Source: Candidatus Multivorans sp. (lineage in GTDB: Bacteria > Acidobacteriota > Thermoanaerobaculia > Multivoradales > Multivoraceae). From it: a stretch of DNA of 64,000 nucleotides. Each line of letters opens with the position of its first letter. The stretch's first letter is position 1. Under the pieces are notes generated by a model. The model was not told the origin of the DNA and made no database searches. It worked only from the letters and a program-made list of their open reading frames with translations. Below, one piece after another: positions 60,336 through 64,000 of the stretch. Position numbers and translations under genes: made by a program. The stretch lies in the NCBI GenBank assembly GCA_965224025.1, contig OZ245033.1, positions 3,616,001 through 3,680,000 of the forward strand. The letters are read 5' to 3'.

Positions 60336-62792
60336 GTGCCGAACGCCGCCTGGATCGCAGGGGGCCTCACCCTCGCGTTGCTGATCGTGCCGAACGCCCC
60401 TGCTTCCGCTCTCCAGCCGCCTGGAGCAGGTGCGCGTGCACCCGAGCTCCAAGCCAGCCTGGAAGCCGCACTGGCCGCGATGCCGCCCGACTACCAGCCG
60501 CGTACCGAGCACCTGGACGCCGAGGGCGGGCCGCTGTTCCTGAACCGTCTGATCCTCGAGACGTCTCCGTATCTGCGCCAGCACGCCCACAATCCGGTCG
60601 ACTGGTTCCCCTGGGGCGAAGACGCGTTCGAACGCGCCGAGGCAGAGGACAAGCCGGTCTTCCTGTCGATCGGCTACTCCACCTGCCACTGGTGCCACGT
60701 CATGGAGCGCGAGAGCTTCGACAACGTCGAGGTCGCGCGGCTGATGAACGAGAAGTTCATCTGCATCAAGGTCGACCGGGAACAGCGGCCCGACATCGAC
60801 GACATCTACATGACCGCGGTCCAGGTCACGCAGCAGCGCGGCGGTTGGCCGATGTCCAGCTTCCTGCTGCCTGACCGCAGGCCTTTCTTCGGCGCCACCT
60901 ACTTTCCGCCGCAGCAGTTCGTCAACCTGATGCAGCAGGTCGACGCGGCCTGGCGGGAGCGGCGGGACGCTCTGGAGACCAGCGCCGCCCAGATCACGGA
61001 CCTCGTGCAGAGGATCACTTCCGCGCGCGGGACGGCGAAGAACCTGGGGCGCACAGTCATCACGCAGGCTACGGAAGGGCTGATCGCCAGCACGGACCGG
61101 GCCTACGGCGGTTTCGGGGGCGCTCCGAAGTTCCCCAACGAGACGAACCTCCTGCTGCTGCTCGAGGAGGCGCTCCGCACCGGGGATCGAAGACCGCTGG
61201 ACGCCGCGTTGATCACCCTGCGTGCCATGGCCCGAGGCGGCATCTACGACCAGGTCGGCGGCGGCTTCCACCGGTACTCGGTCGACGGCCGGTGGCTGGT
61301 TCCCCACTTCGAGAAGATGCTCTACAACCAGGCCCACCTGCTCCGGGCCTACGCCCTGGCCTACCGCCTGACCGGCGATCCGCTGCTGGGGCGCGTGGCG
61401 CATGAAACGGCCGACTACGTGCTGCGCGACATGACCTCGCCGGACGGGGCTTTCTACTCCGCCACCGACGCGGACAGCGAGGCGGCCGACGGCGAGTCGG
61501 TCGAAGGCGAGTTCTTCGTGTGGACGAAGGACCAGCTACGGGACGCGCTCGAGCCCGCGGACGCGGACCTCACGATCCGCCTGTTCGGGGTCACGGACGA
61601 AGGGAACTTCGAGCACCGCAACATCCTGTTTCTCGACCGGCCGCTCGACGAGAGCGGCGCCGACCTGGGACTGTCGCTCGATGATCTGCTTGGCAGGCTC
61701 GACCGCATCCGCGAGCGCCTCTATCAGGTCCGCGAAAAGCGTCCGCACACCCTGCGCGACGACAAGATCCTGACCTCCTGGAACGGCATGATGATCCGGG
61801 CGCTGGCCGAGGCCGCCGACGCTCTGGGCGAGCCGGCCTATGCCGAGGCCTCCGCCCGGGCCGCGGAGTTCCTCTGGAAACACTGCCGGCGCGAGGACGG
61901 CGGACTGTGGCGGGTCTGGCTCGACGGCAAGGCATCCACGCCGGGCCTGGTTCAGGACTACGCCCATCTGGCGCATGCGATGGTCTCCCTTTACGACGTG
62001 ACGGGCGACGGTGAATGGCTCGATCGCGCGACGTCGGTGGCCGGCCAGATGATGGACCGTTTCTGGGATCCTGGATCGGCCGATTCAGCGACTGCGGAGG
62101 GCCTGGGCAGCGGTTTCTTCATTGCCGAGCGAAAAGCCGCCAACCTGCTGATCGCCCAGCCGAAGAGCCCCACTGACGGCGCCGTCCCCTCAGGCAACTC
62201 GGTGGCCGCACGCGCCCTGGCCGAACTCGGCCGCCGCAACGGCGACGAGCAAGCGATCGACCGGTCCTTCGCCACGGTAGCCGCTTTCGCCGAGAGCGTC
62301 GAACGAGCGCCTGCCGCCTACACCTACATGCTCACTGGACTGGCCGTCGCCCTCGACGGCGATGCCGGCCCGCGAGGAACCGCCGGCAACGGCGCCGTGA
62401 CCGCCGCCGCCCGCCTGCGTCCCGGCCCCGCTTCAGGCGAGTACGAAGTCGACCTCGACCTCGTGATCAAGGACGGCTGGCACCTGAACGGCCCCGAACC
62501 GCTCCAGAAGGACCTGATCGGCACCCAGGTCCTCGGTGCCGGCAACGGCTTCGAGGTGACCGACCTCCGCTATCCCGAACCTCGACGGACGCAGGTCAGC
62601 ATCCAGTCCGGGGATGTCCTGATCTATGAAGGCCGGAAGAGGGTCAGCTTCGTGCTCCGCCCTCGCTCAGACTCCGCCCTTGAGGAATCCCCCGTCTCGG
62701 TCCCCATCTCTGTCCGCCTCCAAGCCTGCGACGACCAAGTGTGCCTCCTACCGGAAACGGTCGTGCTCGAACTGCCACTCGCCGACTCGTAG
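60336..62792 (+). CDS. Secreted thioredoxin-domain / YyaL (DUF255, SPATA20-like) protein fused to a DsbD-N-like domain
   Basis: Signal peptide, [51 protein letters not shown]-terminal GWHL...QACDDQVC. Confidence 0.9.
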   Translation: MPNAAWIAGGLTLALLIVPNAPASALQPPGAGARAPELQASLEAALAAMPPDYQPRTEHLDAEGGPLFLNRLILETSPYLRQHAHNPVDWFPWGEDAFERAEAEDKPVFLSIGYSTCHWCHVMERESFDNVEVARLMNEKFICIKVDREQRPDIDDIYMTAVQVTQQRGGWPMSSFLLPDRRPFFGATYFPPQQFVNLMQQVDAAWRERRDALETSAAQITDLVQRITSARGTAKNLGRTVITQATEGLIASTDRAYGGFGGAPKFPNETNLLLLLEEALRTGDRRPLDAALITLRAMARGGIYDQVGGGFHRYSVDGRWLVPHFEKMLYNQAHLLRAYALAYRLTGDPLLGRVAHETADYVLRDMTSPDGAFYSATDADSEAADGESVEGEFFVWTKDQLRDALEPADADLTIRLFGVTDEGNFEHRNILFLDRPLDESGADLGLSLDDLLGRLDRIRERLYQVREKRPHTLRDDKILTSWNGMMIRALAEAADALGEPAYAEASARAAEFLWKHCRREDGGLWRVWLDGKASTPGLVQDYAHLAHAMVSLYDVTGDGEWLDRATSVAGQMMDRFWDPGSADSATAEGLGSGFFIAERKAANLLIAQPKSPTDGAVPSGNSVAARALAELGRRNGDEQAIDRSFATVAAFAESVERAPAAYTYMLTGLAVALDGDAGPRGTAGNGAVTAAARLRPGPASGEYEVDLDLVIKDGWHLNGPEPLQKDLIGTQVLGAGNGFEVTDLRYPEPRRTQVSIQSGDVLIYEGRKRVSFVLRPRSDSALEESPVSVPISVRLQACDDQVCLLPETVVLELPLADS

Positions 62793-62871
62793 CCAGTACG
62801 ACCGTACCCACCGGGAACACTCGTGGCTCGGCCAGATCCCTCGGCAACGACCCCACCTTCGCTGCAGCCGG

Positions 62872-64000
62872 CTACGGCGCCGCGATGCAGTACAGGTTGC
62901 GGCGGCCGCGCAGGTAGATCTCGTCGCCGACGATCGCGGGCGAAGCGTCGAAGCGGTCGTCCAGCTCACTCTCGGCGAGGACCTCGAACTTCGGCCCCGC
63001 CTTGGCGACCAGGAACTCTCCGTCGCGGCTGGCGAAGTAGACGCGGTCCCCTACCGCCACCGGCGAAGCGTAGATGTTGCGCACCACGCCCAGACGCTGG
63101 TTCGCATACAGCGCCTCGCCGGTCGCAGCGTCGTAGGCCGACAGAATCCCGCGGTTCGACTTGGTGAAGTAGATGACGCCGTCGTGCAGCAGCGGCGAGG
63201 GCACGTAGGGAGTATCGCGATCCACGCTCCAGACCACGTGATCCGTGCCGGTGATGTCACCCGCCGCGCCGTCGAGGCGCACGGCCATCAGCTTGCTGCC
63301 GCGAAACCCGCTGGTCAGGTAGACGACGCCGTCGGCGTACACCGGTGAGGGAATCGCGTTCAGGGTCATGCCGGTGGTGGTCCAGATCGGCTCGCCCGTG
63401 TCGGCGTCGTAGGCGCGGACGCGGTTCGTCGCGCTCGTGACGACCTGCGTCCGGCCGCCGTGCTCGACGACGAGGGGCGTGGTCCACGCCGACATCTCGT
63501 CGCGAGGCCTACGCCAGATCTCCTCGCCCGAGTTCTTGTCGAGCGCAACGATGAAGGAGTCGTCCTCGTGGTCCCAGATCACGAACACCCGCTCACCGTG
63601 GAGCGCCGGCGAACTCCCCTCGCCGAAGCCGAGTCGTGTCCTCATGTCGCCGAAGTCGCGGCGCCAGAGTTCCCGGCCGTCGAGATCGAACGCGAACAGA
63701 CCGCGAGAGCCGAAGAAGGCGATCAACACCTCGCCGTCCGTGACGGGAGAGCCGGACGCCCAGGTGCCGTCCGGATGGTGCCCCTCGTGCGGCGCCTCCG
63801 TGAGGACCGATCGCCTCCAGACGGTGGAACCGTCGCGGCGGTCAAGGGCATGGACCTCGTAGCTCAGCACCTGGTCGGGAACCACGCCATCGCCCCGAAC
63901 CGGCGCCGGCGAATTCTCGACACGCTCGCCGGTGGGCACCGCCGTCGTCAGGAAGAGGCGGTCGCCCCAGACGATCGGCGACGACAGCCCGAGGCCCGGC
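62872..64000 (-). CDS. PQQ-like beta-propeller (BamB-like) protein, C-terminal part (runs off the right edge)
   Basis: SSPIVWGD, SPVTDG, G.GSSP, ALDKNSGEEIW, YVPSP, YASPV, ASPAI. Confidence 0.88.
   Translation of the reverse strand, partial: PGLGLSSPIVWGDRLFLTTAVPTGERVENSPAPVRGDGVVPDQVLSYEVHALDRRDGSTVWRRSVLTEAPHEGHHPDGTWASGSPVTDGEVLIAFFGSRGLFAFDLDGRELWRRDFGDMRTRLGFGEGSSPALHGERVFVIWDHEDDSFIVALDKNSGEEIWRRPRDEMSAWTTPLVVEHGGRTQVVTSATNRVRAYDADTGEPIWTTTGMTLNAIPSPVYADGVVYLTSGFRGSKLMAVRLDGAAGDITGTDHVVWSVDRDTPYVPSPLLHDGVIYFTKSNRGILSAYDAATGEALYANQRLGVVRNIYASPVAVGDRVYFASRDGEFLVAKAGPKFEVLAESELDDRFDASPAIVGDEIYLRGRRNLYCIAAP

Overview
GC-rich bacterial DNA, most likely Acidobacteriota (Thermoanaerobaculia-like). 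This placement is an inference from the Acidobacterial-type VWA proteins and the C-terminal 'FWFF...NWEVLIKVLDGC' domain. The Calx-beta/cadherin/Fn3 giant protein suggests a host-associated (sponge-symbiont-like) lifestyle. In order, the window holds: (1) a nine-gene minus-strand MoxR/vWA/DUF58/BatA/2xDUF4159/TPR-metallopeptidase operon, cut by the left edge; (2) housekeeping genes (isochorismatase, TPR-SLH lipoprotein, miaA, comEC, dnaE); (3) a broken PVC-type heme-c dehydrogenase gene; (4) a signal-peptide-bearing selenocysteine peroxiredoxin that the ORF track splits at its UGA, with a SECIS-like hairpin; (5) an eroding tandem array of VWA paralogs, three intact and two remnants; (6) a Phe/Tyr catabolism cluster (Lrp, aminotransferase, hppD, hmgA, phhA); (7) a tandem IDH-family pair; (8) an accessory region with a ~2230-aa adhesin-like, kexin-type protease lacking an obvious propeptide plus a coupled downstream candidate external chaperone, an AraC regulator, an internally deleted IS21 with a 6-bp target duplication, two more Lrp paralogs (one without HTH) and an IS3 scar; (9) a BNR sialidase-like gene, alkD-like, YyaL-DsbD and a partial PQQ-propeller gene. 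Many first-in-operon genes look leaderless. I saw no rRNA, tRNA or CRISPR array. All family calls come from motif recognition by eye, not from database searches.
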